DNA of 64,000 nucleotides. It comes from Podarcis vaucheri. Its lineage: Eukaryota. This document shows positions 37,108 to 50,140 of the stretch, piece by piece. The notes beneath the pieces were generated by a model. It was not told the origin of the DNA, ran no database searches, and worked only from the letters and a program-made list of their open reading frames with translations. The stretch is taken from the NCBI GenBank assembly GCA_965113315.1, contig OZ220366.1. One strand, written 5' to 3'. Each line of letters opens with the position of its first letter. The first letter of the stretch is position 1. The position numbers and the translations under genes were made by a program.

Positions 37108-38149
37108 GTGGTTGGCAGAAAGCACGGTGCTCATGTGGCGGATAGGCACTGGTTCAAGGTGATAGGGATGGGAGAGCGGTCTCACCATCCCTATGTGAAG
37201 GGATGCATCAACTGGTCAACCTCTGAGAGGGGGTTGTGCCTGTGCCTGAGTCCAGGGGGGCATCTGGGTGGTGAACATAGTCTGTTCCCGGCTTTTTGCC
37301 TACCCAGGTGTTCACCCTTGGCTGACCTATGCTGATGCCCTGGGTCAGCGTTGCCTGCAAGGGTGCAGGGAGCTAGTCGAACCAGAGCCTATGCAACCAT
37401 TCACCTTCTGTAATCAATAAAGTTGTGACCTAAATTCTGCCAAAAACCAAAACCAAAATTTGAGTCAAGTTTGAATTTATTTAGTGGGGAGGTCTCTGGG
37501 TCTGAACACGCAAAACCCAATCAGTCAGCTGAGCAAGAAGACAGAGAGGCTATGGAACCCCATCAGAATGAAAGTGAACCACATGAAACCTGACTCAGTG
37601 TGACAACTTGGATAAAGTCTTGTTTCCACAAATATACTAACAGTATTGAATATTTGTTCAAAGAAACTGAAGCTAGAGTTGGCAGTTCTATTTCTTTCAG
37701 CAATTATTATGAACTGAGTATGTCTCACATGATATCAATCTACATGCATTTTTAGGGAAGACAGCACATGAAGCTGGTGCCACTTGTTGACATCTCTCAC
37801 AAAACCCTACCATGTGCTACCAGTTTTCAAAAGTTTCCCTTTAATTTCTTATTCTGAAACTGAAGTGTGCTATTTTCTCTACAGCACTGGTTTCCTCCAT
37901 CCCCAGAGTATTTTGGGATCTTGTTAGGAGTTCCTTACTTAGAAGATAGCGGAAGGACTGCCATGAATCAGGCTGCTGTCTGAAATCATTCCTTTGACAA
38001 GCAGGATTTCCTTGGTTTTCACTTTGACTCTTTCAAGCATTACTTTTCTTTCGTTTATTGCCGTGCTGGTATTTTTAATAGGTTTTAATGTTCCTTGATA
38101 CTTGGCATCAGTCATCCGTTCTTCAATTACCTCTAGATTGGATTATTCT

Positions 38150-38300
38150 GATTCAATCTACACGGAGCTTCAGTCGGTCCAAAATGCAGCAGCCACACTT
38201 GTGTCTGACACTCACCAATCAGAGCATATAACTCCAACCTAATGTCAGCTCCCTTTGCTTCCTCTTTGCTTCCAGGCTCAACTCAAAACACTGAGTCAAG
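38150..38300 (+). mobile_element. Old L2 fragment
   Basis: cttcagtcggtccaaaatgcagcagcc (LQSVQNAAA) followed by gagcatataactcca (EHITP). Confidence 0.75.
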
Positions 38301-39734
38301 CCTTTCTACAAACTTCCAACTTGCCTAACTTATAAATCACCAAACTGTCCATCTATCTGTCTTTCACCAGTCACTGCCACACACAACATATATCACTGGT
38401 CTAAAACTACACACCTGCAGGTGAATTGCCCATTCAGGAAACCTGCAAACCTCCAGAACCATTTGTGTTCTTTGTTGGTTCCCTGATCTCTTGGCTGTTC
38501 ATGCTGAAATCAACAGGAAGCCTCCCAGTTTATTTTACTGGGGTTTGGCTTGTATTGCATAAAAATGTGGAGGACTGTGCATTGAGGATGTTGCTTTTGC
38601 TTCAACATTACCAAGGAACTAAAGATATACATTGGGTTTAAGCTCTTAGAAAGAGCCCCTCTTTTAAAAAGATAATTATACTTTTGTTTATCCAATTAGC
38701 ATAAATAAGCCTTTGCTGGTTGCTTAAACATGGTATACAATCTATAAACATCCTTAGCTACTGTAAATAAAAAAGGTTTATTTAAGAATCTGAAATAACC
38801 AGCATGCCTTTCCATGCATAGCTTCAGCGTTTACTGTTTAGGAAAGTATCCTCACATTGTCCCTTCCCAACAAAAAATATTTTGTTTTTTCAGAATTATG
38901 TAGCATGTAAAGGAAGGGTGGGGAACCTCAGACCTGGGAACTAAATGTGGCCCTCTAGTCCTGTCTATGTGGCCCTCAGAATCCTCCCTGGGCCACACCA
39001 CTCACAAGCTCTGCTACACACTCTACACAAGTGTTTTTGCCCTACAGTAGTTTTAAGATGGCAAATGAATGGATCAGTGTGTGTATATATAAAAAATAAA
39101 ACAAAAAGGTAGACAGTCTGCCAGGAAGGAAGACGGACAGCTGAGCCAGCATTATGTTTGCTGGCATGCATGTCTTTAATTTTTTCCGTTATGAGCTCTA
39201 TTTTAATCTTATTCTGGCTTTACACTTTGTTTTGATTTGTAGCACACAGTCTGCAGATCTTTCCTCGAGGTCGCACTACTGACTGCCCAATCTTAGGGCT
39301 AAATTTTGTTTCATTCTTCTGTTTTATCTAGGAAATTTCAACACTCTTTTGGATAGTAATTCCTTTCAGGTAATTGCCAAACACCAAGAAAATATATTGA
39401 TATTAACCTAAGTTTTGTCAGTAAACAGTGGAATGGACCCCTCAGGATAATCTTAAAATGTCAGTGCAAAAGCAGTTTAAATTTATTCTCACTACCTTGA
39501 ATGATGCTGCTAGGGTTATATTCCTACCAGCTAGCAGAATATGCCATTGTCATGCATTTATTATGTAGATTTACCTGCATGTCACGCTCAGCGCAAGTAA
39601 CAGTGACATTTCTTTGTTTCTGTGTTGTCATGATATAAGACTGGGTGCAATCTAGCCCCTTTAAAATGAAAGCTTTTCTCATTTGGTGGAAAGGAAGGTG
39701 GATGTTATTTAAGATGCTAACATGGTACCATTAT

Positions 39735-40107
39735 GTAAAAAGGTAAAGGGACCCCTGACCGTTAGGTCCTGCCGTGGACGACTCTGGGGTTGCAGCGCTC
39801 ATCTCACTTTACTGGCCAAGGGAGCTGGCAGTTGTCCGCTTCCGCAGACAGTTTTTCTGGATCATGTGGCCAGCATGACTAAGCTGCATCTGGTGAACCA
39901 GAGTAGTGCATGGAAATTCCATTTACCTTCCCGCTGGAGCAATACCTATTTATCTACTTGTACATCGTGCTTTCGAACTGCTAGGTTGGCAGGAGCAGGG
40001 ACCGAGCAACCGGAGCTCACCCCGTTGCAGGGATTCGAACCACCGACCTTCTGATCAGCAAGCTCAGAGGCTCAGTGGTTTACCCCCCAGAGTGCCACCC
40101 GTGTCCC
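39735..40107 (-). mobile_element. Sauria (Squam1) SINE
   Basis: Reverse complement of the 25750 copy, with an (AAAGGT)n tail at the left end. Confidence 0.92.
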
Positions 40108-43100
40108 ATTCATGCATAAGGTGGTCATATTTACTATTTTGCATCTTCTAAAAAGTGGCACTGATAATGGCTACATGAAGGGAATGTATTCTTTCAGAAT
40201 TACATATGCTACAGTTAATTTTACAAACAAAAGGATAACTGTGTTGTATCCAAAACAAGGAACTCTGGTTGGGGACATATTTGGACAGGCAATAGCTTCA
40301 AATGATAAACAGCCTTTTGGTGACCCCTTTCAATCTGAGTGCTTGGAGGCATTCCACATAGGAAAATAGTCATGTGTGGCACTGAGCCACCAGTCTTCAA
40401 CGCCCCAATACAAATAATCTCTTTTGTATTTAATGGTAGTCACAACCCATTAATTTTAAACATTACAAAACTCCAGTGAATTATTGGTTATTTATGAAAT
40501 AAGGACTAAGACAATCTGCTAGGAGACAGGTTGCTCCATAACCATGTATGGAGCTTCCCAGATGTTGTTAGACTCCAACTCCCATCAGCCTCGCTAGCTT
40601 GGCCAATGGCTCAGTATGATGGGGATTGTAGTCCAACACTGTTTACTTATCCCTGTGGTATACTGTTCTTGTCCATTATGATTTTTGTAGATGAAAGCAT
40701 AGCAGTTGCTTCTGTAGGTATTGAAAGAGACGTTATTCACAGGACCAGCCATGTGTTGCACCACCCCCAGAAGGCTCAGATGATATTTGAGCTGGTCTAA
40801 CTTCTGTACATATTGGTATCCATTCCGTGCCCCTCCCTGCCAGCCAAAGCAGCTACAAAAATGGAGAGAGCTAGCTAAAATAAAACAGATGGGGTGTGGA
40901 AGGTTGCAAATCCTTCACACCCTTTGACTATTGCTTTTGATCAAATCCACTTTGGAATTCCTGTTTCCCAAGAATGGAGTCCTGGTGGGTGGGGGAATAT
41001 TCTGACGCTGAAATTAGACTTACACATGCGCTGCCACCTGTTGCAAGTTTTCTTTGGCTTTGCAAAGTTTTCAACTACTAGGATTGATGGGGTCGTGCAG
41101 AGGAAGCAAAAGAAGACAGAGACTATGTAAGGAATGAAATGCAGAGTCCTTTTATTGCAGTTATAAGAATGACATGCAATAGTACAGTATGCGTTTTCAG
41201 CGTGTTAAAGTGGGCATTTTATCAAGTGGCCACCTTGAAATTATTGCTGCTTTTATAATTTGTTTCTCTTAACTACTAACATATGTGGCCTTACTAGCAC
41301 TTAATGACAAAGTGGGAACAAAATATATTTTACACACTTTTACTAGGGCTGTACATTTGCCTCAGACAAGGCACGAACCTAAGGCAAGACTCTCTGTTTG
41401 GAGGTATTTGGTCTGAGATCCAGTCCTCTCTACCTTCTCTCCCTCCATCTCCGATGCTTGAAATGCTGCTATTAGCTCAGATGACTTTCCAAGGGCTAAG
41501 CTCATTCCTAGTAACATAGGAAGCTCCCTTATGCTGTCAAACATAGGGATACATCCAACTGAGTCCTAAGTTTGTCATTAATGTCTATTCTCAGTTTGAC
41601 TAAAGTTGGATGCAACACATAGGATTGTCTGCTTGGACATGAGGCTGCTCTCCAAGAACCATACAAGAGGTCTTTCATATCATTCCCCACTTATCTTTAT
41701 TATTATTATTATTATTATCTTTATTATTATTATTAAAGATACTGGAGGAATCGAACCCTGCACTGATCCTTTGCTCCTCCTGCAAAATAGAAATATTTAA
41801 AACATAATAGCTCCAAAGTGCAACTTCCTAATAGGTATAAAAATAACACTTTCCCATTTCTGAACCCCAGAACTCAATTCTCAACAGATCTACTCAGAAG
41901 AAAGAACCTCTTGTTTCAATCTGACACAGGGCTGAATTACATCACCACTGAGCATATGACTGAACATATGGTGAAGGGGGCGTGTGTCCCTTATTGCAGG
42001 TGGCTGGTTTGGTGCTTTTTAATATATAAACAGCTCATCTGAGAACTCCACTGTGGGTCCAGATGAAAATGGGTGCAGCACTCTAAATGTTCCAAAAGCG
42101 GATTGACACATGGCGCATTCAATTCTCTGACCTCAGGGTCCATAGCAGATCATGAGGCTACCCTTGAGAAAACTATACTTAGCACAACTGTCCTTTTAGA
42201 CAAAGCACAAATGTGAACACATTGCATTAAGATTTATTTTAAGAGGTGTCTTTCCCCTAAAAAGAAAACTGCAGATTGAACAAATACAAAAGCTATTTGT
42301 CTTTCTTTCGTGACTCTGCTCCACTACTTCAAGAATGGAACGGATATAGAGGAATTGTTTATGAATTTTGCTTCCAATATCTCAAAATTGGTTGTGAAGG
42401 AAGTTTTTAAGGACTTTAAAAGAGAGACAGAGAGAGGTTCTATCCATATTAAACAGTCATAATTTATTCACTTGCAATGAATTCTCCTGATAAGTCCTTT
42501 CAAAGCCAGCTTTACATTTTTCATTTGATATTTGACCTGAGTAATTCATCTGTATGCATTGGCTTTAAGCATTATTCTTTTTAACTTTCACTCCTTATGA
42601 CTTCACCTCTGTTTCTGTATGTTGAGTTACCATGGAGCTCTCTGATCATGTTGAGATTTCAAAAAGTAGATGAATGCATGCTGGCATTTCAGGAAGGAAT
42701 AACTCATTTGGAATGTGAGGGCTCAAAAAATTAAGTCTTTGGATGAGCAAAATATACAGCAAGCTTGCTGGATTTTATCCACACGCTTAGCGTGATGCAT
42801 TTATTAATTCTTATGCATAAAAACCAGCAAGCCAATTCCCACAACAACAGAGGTGAAAGAGTCACCATTAAGTGACTTTCCCTTTCAGACTTTGTGTGGT
42901 AAAATGGTCTTGGGAAATCTTTGTTTTCCAGCATTTTCCACAGAACACTTATTTGTCATTTTAACAGATGAGAGTCCATTCACGAAACCATTTTACTTGT
43001 GCAAATAGTGAAGGGAAAGGTGAGTCTGCCACATAAAATCAACACGAGTCAGCCAAAGTGTAAAACCAATTGAAAGAGCGTAGAGAGGACCTGCCCCTAG

Positions 43101-43866
43101 AGGACTCCCCCTAGTGACACCCACAAGGAAGTTTCCATCTTTAAAATAAGTGTCTGCCCTATGCCCAGCCATTCTCTTCTCTCCACTACAAGCAATAAGG
43201 AGGAATGTGAAGCAATAAGGGAAAGAGGCTGTTTGTGGTGTTGAGAATGGCCAGGAACAGATGGGGCTATGGCACTAGACCCTTTCTTTAAAGTTTAAAA
43301 GGGCTAACAATGCTCGGCCACCTTGCATTTAAGGTAGACATTAGGGTCACTTCTGAGTGAGACATTCCTTTTTGTGAAATAGTCCAAGATCTCTAAATCA
43401 CCTCTTGCAAATAGATGCCACCTTCCTAAAACAGCACAGAAAGCTTGCAGGGCAGTTGTTAGTGGGAAGCTTGTATTATTTCTGTTGGTGTAAAACAAAT
43501 AAAGGGTTCCTAAACTCCAGCACATTTATGTGTATATTACTTATTCTTTTATTTCTTACATTTATGAATGGCTGCTTGGAAGTATCTCAAGGCAATTTAA
43601 TAGGAAAAGACTCAAAAATAGAAACATACATACCTAAACAAATACCCTACTAGTTCATAAAACATATCAAAAGCAGTTTACCAGAAAAGTTACATTAAAA
43701 CATACAGTAAAAACTACATAAAAAAGATTAGAACCAGACACCAATTAACCTTTGTGGAAAGATGTATTCTTAATTGACTGCATAGGCCGGGCAGAATATA
43801 TAGAAACAATTTAAACTCTTGCATATGTAAAGAAATAGTTTCAAATGCACAATAGATAGATACATA

Positions 43867-44219
43867 AAGTAAAGGTAAAGGGACCCCTGACCATTAGGTC
43901 CAGTCGTGACCGACTCTGGGGTTGAGGCGCTCATCTCGCTTTATTGGCCGAGGGAGCCGGTGTACAGCTTCTGGGTCATGTGGCCAGCTTCTAAGCCACT
44001 TCTGGCGAACCAGAGCAGTGCACGGAAATGCTGTTTACCTTCCTGCCGGAGCGTTACCTATTTATCTACTTGCACTTTGACGTGCTTTCGAACTGCTAGG
44101 TTGGCAGGAGCAGGGACTGAGCAACGGGAGCTCACCTTGTCACGGGGATTCGAACTGCCAACCTTCTGATCAGCAAGTCCTAGGCTCTTTGGTTTAACCC
44201 ACAGCACCACCTGCGTCCC
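43867..44219 (-). mobile_element. Sauria (Squam1) SINE
   Basis: Homologous to the other copies. 14-bp TSD TAGATAGATACATA at 43853-43866 and 44220-44233. Confidence 0.95.
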
Positions 44220-44274
44220 TAGATAGATACATACTGGGGTACAAATTTCCACTTAAAAGGAAAGTCTCCAGTGG

Positions 44275-44478
44275 GTTGTTGTCTGCATCCATCTGTCTTG
44301 GGAGACAAGGAAGAAATGCACCTCTAGAGGTGAAGTCAAAGTTACAGCATGCGCTTGGCTGTAGAGACCAATATGGGAGAAGACCTGTTTTGTTGCAACT
44401 GGAGCAGATGAAGGCACCTGGTTGTGCTGCTGCAGATGCAACATGGTGTTTCTTCTCTATGGGCTCCTCCCAGTGGTT
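44275..44478 (-). mobile_element. RTE-clade LINE 3' end
   Basis: Minus strand encodes AFICSSCNKT..(frameshift)SHIGLYS, an RTE C-terminal zinc-finger-like motif, followed by a 3' UTR and short CAA tail. A related fragment lies at 47645-47795. Confidence 0.8.
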
Positions 44479-44910
44479 AGGCAATGTGCCAATGACTACT
44501 GGCTAAAGCTGTGTCAGAACATTTGCCTCATTGCTGACACTGGCAATACTTGCAAAAGGTACAAAGGCACGAAGAAAGCCTTTGGACCAACAGTCAGGAA
44601 AACTGTACTGCTGAAAACCTTGTCAGGAGAGATCATCATAGGTTGAAACAAGCAGGTGAAGCACTATTAAGAACCGCAGTCACAAGAAAACGTGGTCTCT
44701 GACAAAGCAATTGACAGTGTCCACTAGGCGCTGCCTGTCTTGAAAGGGTTGGATGTCCTTTGTTCCCTTGATGAGCCAAAGAACATCATCACCTCTCAGG
44801 CATGTGGTAAAGCCTCAGGACAGGACAAGATCTCAACAGAAGTGCTGAGCACTGCCTTCAATTCATCCTTCATTACACACTTCAACAGCCTCTTTGTGAA
44901 GCGTTGGGAA
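44479..44910 (+). mobile_element. RTE-clade LINE internal ORF fragment (upstream of RT), inverted relative to the adjacent 3' end
   Basis: RQCANDYWLKLCQNI...ADTGN...Y.G.KKAFGPT...LKTLSGEII and ACGKASGQDKISTEVL (resembles KAPGxDxIPAE) on plus. Confidence 0.8.
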
Positions 44911-47644
44911 TTGACAATAGAGACACACCTGTTTCATACATAATGGGAAAGAGTTCCAAAGGCCCTCTTCTGACATTGAATGGAATGGACCTCCACATGA
45001 GACAGCATCTTCAGAAAGCCTTCTCCTTAAAAAATGCAGTGATTGGTTAGGTATAGAGGGGGTGGTATGTTCTTTTAGGTCCCAAGCGGTATAGGACTTT
45101 ATATGTCAGAACCAGCACCTTTAAGCCATGGAATGCATGCGCTGCACTAAAAACAATGCATTGTGTACTGTAAAGCTCATTTTGGTAGAAACAGGGTCTG
45201 CTACAACTGCAACTAAACACGGTTCCTCCCATAAAAGCTTTCCTGTTTTTTTTATTGAGTGCGGATAGCTGGCTTGGCAGCTCTCTGTTTAGAGAGGAAG
45301 CCACAATTCCTACCCAGGAGCGGTTACAGCATTCTAGCAATGATATAATCCAGACACATTAGATGAGGCTCCAAATTCCTGAACCGTTATAAATGATATC
45401 AAGCAAAATATTTTCCCCTTTGTACCTCTAAGCAAAGATTAACCGGCTTTGAGGCCAATGTTTAAGGGACAGTGCAGAATTAAAAATGTTTATGGATCAC
45501 TACAGAAACTATCTTGCATTGTGAATAAATAAATGCTTTGTGAAAAATACCCAGTTTGATACTTTGCTATCACTTGATTAGATTACAGAAATACTGCATT
45601 TGTGTACATTTGATCGTATATCCACTGCAACACAGGAATGGGAGAGGCCCTCCATGAACCTATCCATCTCCCAGGAGCACACTTGGCCACATATGCACAT
45701 TGATGCAAGTGGATTGAAGGTCCTCCTCCTGAACTCTTACCATTCTGTTGCCCTTGTTGAACTCTCCTATCACAAATCATTTCCATTTTAATGATTCAAA
45801 ACTGTGTTCTCAGGATGATGAAGTGATAGCCAAACCACAGAGGTCTGCTTATAGCATAGATTTTATCTGAGAACAGAGTGTTTTAGGTTTTGCAGGCATA
45901 TTTCCAATTTGTTGTAAACAGTCAATGTTTAAGAAAACTTATCGGTTTCAGTGCAATTCTCATCTCAGCTCATGAGAAACTGCCTTATACTGGGTAGGAC
46001 CACTGGTCCATCCAGTACAGTACTATCTGTTTTACTAGCAGGAGCTCTCCAAGGTCTCAGCCAGAGACCTTTTGAACCTGCAACTTGAGATTCTCTTAAC
46101 TGGAGTTTCCAGGATTTGCTCTGCCTTTGAGCTATAGCCTTCAAGCTACTGGAGTTATATTCAGGCCAACACGTGCAGGCCTTAACCCATTGTATCTTCT
46201 GTAGTTCCTGAGAGGGAAACACTTAGATTACCCAGTAAGCTATTATGAGTCAGACCATTGGTTCATTTAATATTGTCAACACATTCCCAGCCAAACCTGG
46301 AGATGTCAGGGACTGATGATTTGCATGCACATGACCTATGGCCCAACCCACTGCCTCTACTGATCACCAGTGAATTTGGTTCCATGTGCAAGTCTCAGTG
46401 TTCCACTTTCTCTTCTTATATGTCCTGCAGAGTATTATGTCCTTTGGCTTGTGTCTGCATAGCAACTGTGGTGGCATGTGCTGGGCTGAAAACTTTTTTT
46501 TTGGGTATTGTAAACAAGCCTGATGTTCAGCTCCATCCTTTACATAAAAATGTAAGTGTTGTTATTACTTTGTACATTTATGTTATTCCCTTTTCAAATA
46601 GGTTCTTTTCACCTTCAGATTTAATTTCATTGTATCAACACTTTCTCATTTGCAGTATGCCCTGACAATATTCCGCTTGACAGTACCATTACCTGGTTCA
46701 CTGAACACTGATGTTGGATTAAACAAGAAAATCCTCCTGGATTTCTCAGATGGGTGTTATGTGAATAGCACTCAAAGGCAGAGATGTGGAACCTGTAGTC
46801 CCCCAGATGTTGTTGGACTACAACTCCCATCTTCCCTGACCACTGGTCATGCTGGTTGAGGCTGATGAGAGCGCAGCAACTTTTGGAGGGCTACAGATTC
46901 CCCACCCCCTGTTGTAAGGACTTAAGTGGGGAGGCAGAATTTGGTTGCAGTCCCTAACAAAGAGTGCCCCCTTCCCAAGAAACCGATATTATTTTCTTAT
47001 GGGCAGCAGGTTTTTCACTCAATAATACACTTCATTTTGAAATTATTACTTTTCAAAACTTGCTGCTCAAATGTATATACAACATTCCTATCATCCTTGT
47101 TTATGTTGGCTCCCTAGTCCCACTGTTGAATCGATGACCCAGTTTTAAACACTCTCTTTCCTAAGCTTCTCATATAAACCGCAGAGATTGTACATGTGGT
47201 GGAGTATCACTTATTACTAAGCAAATATTGTGTAGTGGTTTCTGGACATCTTCTTTCATGCGCTGTGCTGAAGAATTTATTCAGAATCAGATATTTACAT
47301 GCCTTTGGCCCCACTATAATATGGCTGAGATACTTTTCCCCTTTAACTGCTGTATTTCTTTAAACTTTCTAACAATAAGGTTGTGTCAAAGAAAAGCTCA
47401 GTCTGGTTTGTTGATTGTAATCAAGTGGATAAGCTGAGGAATGAAGGTTGTGGAAAGCAGAAAAGCTGTTGCCAAATGTGAAGCCTTCAGATTTTATTGC
47501 TATTGAGAGGTATTTATTAGTTAAATACAAAGGGCCCTGCAATGATTAGGAATGTAAACAATGCACAAAGTCATTGAATCAGTGCACTGTGCAGCAGTGC
47601 ATCTGCAGAAGTTAAAAGGTTACATCCTGCAAATTGAAGTGAAA

Positions 47645-47795
47645 CTTGACAGCCATCTGTCTTGGGAGTCCATGGAGGACTGAGCCTTTGGGGGTGAAGT
47701 CAAACTGTTGGAGAGTTACAGAGTCTGCTGTGGCTGTATACAATACAAGAGAGACATGTTTTGTTGCAGCTCTGGCAGATCTTGCAGATAGCATT
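47645..47795 (-). mobile_element. RTE-clade LINE 3' fragment
   Basis: ccatctgtcttgggag...ggtgaagtcaaa...tgttttgttgca is shared with 44289-44397. Encodes ICKICQSCNKTCLSCI. Confidence 0.75.
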
Positions 47796-49074
47796 TACCA
47801 AGTTTGTGTAAGAAGTCTGCTCCAGTTTTTGAATTTCACAATTTTTCATCTTGACGCAATAAAATTTTGTATCTACTGGAGGGAAATTAAAGAACAGCTG
47901 CAACTATCTACAATAATTGCTCGTGCTACACAGGCATCACGAAATGAATGCAAGTGTGGATCACTGCCTTGATGCAAGAAGGGGTACTACCTTTAGCAAA
48001 CTTGTCAAAGCTATTATGCTTTGGTGAGGACTGGTATGGGGCAGGTATCCTCAATGACAAATGAGGTGGGGACAACTGCATACTACCGTCCATGCTGTTT
48101 GGCATTGCTACAAATCTATGCACATAAACAATACTGGAATAGAATTACAGGTTCAGGAACTGGCCTCTCTTTTCTTAATAACAGTAATGGGGTGCTGAAT
48201 ATACACATATCTTTAGAAACAAGAAAAAAGAGACACTAGAATTAAAGCTTCTGAATTTAAGCAAGTTTTTCGATCTCATTTTTTAGGAGGGTGGGACACG
48301 CCTTGTGCCTGGATTAAGCAATTGACCTGCAAACCTAATTCTTGTTTCTTAAGTTTATTTCAATATCTTATTTCAGTTTCATGACTTTGAATATTATTCT
48401 GTTTCTAGAAACCATGCAGTGCTCTGGTCATACATGCCTTACAAGAAAGAATCGCCAACAGAGAATCACGTAAAAACCCGATCTAGCTTATACTGATATA
48501 TGTTATGAGTAGAATCTGGTCTCAACAGTTATAAAGGCTGAATAAACCAATAACAAAGAACCACAGGGGTTTGAATTCATTGATGATTATGGTTTGTGGA
48601 GCGCAAGAGATCAATGGCATGTGTATTTTGAACAATAACGGCATAAAATTACTTTCTGTAGTTGCTGAAAAACATAATGGAAACTAAATAAATATATGAT
48701 CAGTGCAGCATGTTGTTAAACACCGAAGTATCAGAAACATTGAGAAATCAGCTCTTATCTTTGAAGTTTTGTGGGAAACAAGCGGCACTCTGCTATTTCA
48801 AGAGCAAATGTCTTTCTGAAGTCCCTTTTAATGATTCATGTGAAAGATGAAATAGAGACAAAAGTTTAGGTGGGCTCAAGTTGCACTATGAAACCCTACC
48901 AAGTAAAACACAAAACATTCCATAACTTTGTAATGACTTGGCTTTGTTCCTTCGGTGAAAACTTATACAGCTAGAGGATGTTGAGTGTTACGCAAACACA
49001 CAGTTTACGGGTGTCAAGATTTTAAAATTGAGCCATGGGTCGAAAAGGAGAACCAGTGCGTGCCGGTGCCTCTA

Positions 49075-49206
49075 AAATGTTGATCAAAATTACCGAGGGG
49101 ATGGAGCAGCTTCCCTGTGCAGAAAGCATTTAAGGCTTTTTCATTCAGAAAAAAGGGGTGACTAAAATGGGTGGACATGATAGAGGGGTATAAGATTGTC
49201 TATGGA
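49075..49206 (+). mobile_element. CR1 LINE fragment
   Basis: ggggatggagcagcttccct...gacatgatagaggggtataagatt is homologous to 29900-30053. Confidence 0.7.
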
Positions 49207-49898
49207 ATAGCAGCCAACTCCAGGGGGCTGTGGGTGCTTGGGCACCCACAATAATATAATTGTGGGGCCCGGGCACCCACAAAGCCATTGAGCAAAGCCA
49301 GAGAGAGGCGGCCAGCCAGCCTCTGTGGTGGTGCTTCCAAGAGAAAAGCAGTTCATCTCTGCCCTCCACAGCCAGCTAGTGAGGCACCATTTTTTTTTTT
49401 GGGGGGGGGGCTCAGGCACAGGCAGAATCTCTCTGCCTCTGGGTCCAATCCCCTCCCTGTAGAAAAGGGTGCCTTGCATGATAACCCTCTTAAATATGTG
49501 TTGTTTTACTTCATCATTTTCCAGTAATTCACTGGAAGGTCAGTTGTGAGGCAAAAGCACATTTCAGTCCAAACAATTTTAAATGCTCAGCCAGCAACCC
49601 AAATAGTTCAGGACTAATGTTGTATCTCAAAGCAAGGTCAAACGAGATGTCTCTTTATACAGAGTGGAACAAAAACAACAAATCTCAGTCATGTTGTTAT
49701 CAAAATACATTCATATTTTGTCACTTTGTAATCTCCATAGAATGTAGAGTATCCAATTTATGTAAATTTATAAATGATGGAAGCAACTTTCATACTTTAG
49801 TAGGATGCAAACTCATTGATAAAGAGCCCTTAATGCAAATATGCAAATCTGACTGCAAATAAATTTGCCAGTATTCCCACACATACACATATCATGTT

Positions 49899-50140
49899 GA
49901 AGAAGAAGAAGAAGAAGAGTTTGGATTTGATATCCCGCCTTTCACTCCCCTTCAGGAGTCTCAAAGCGGCTAACATTCTCCTTTCCCTTCCTCCCCCACA
50001 ACAAACACTCTGTGAGGTGAGTGGGGCTGAGAGACTTCACAGAAGTGTGACTGGCCCAAGGTCACCCAGCAGCTGCATGTGGAGGAGCGGAGACGCGAAC
50101 CCAGTTTCCCAGATTACGTGACTACCGCTCTTAACCACTA
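49899..50140 (-). mobile_element. Squam3-type SINE (slightly 5'-truncated)
   Basis: Near-identical to 17637-17894, with a (GAA)n tail on plus and CpGs retained. Confidence 0.92.

Larger units (their letters stand above)
35144..37512 (+). mobile_element. Internally deleted Ngaro-like (DIRS order) tyrosine-recombinase retrotransposon
   Basis: Order: low-complexity ORF1-like start (35209-35545), RNase H C-terminus, tyrosine recombinase, SGNH hydrolase, then a 3' repeat with AATAAA (about 37416). GC content is sharply higher than the flanks. RT domain absent. The 5' boundary is approximate. Confidence 0.9.
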
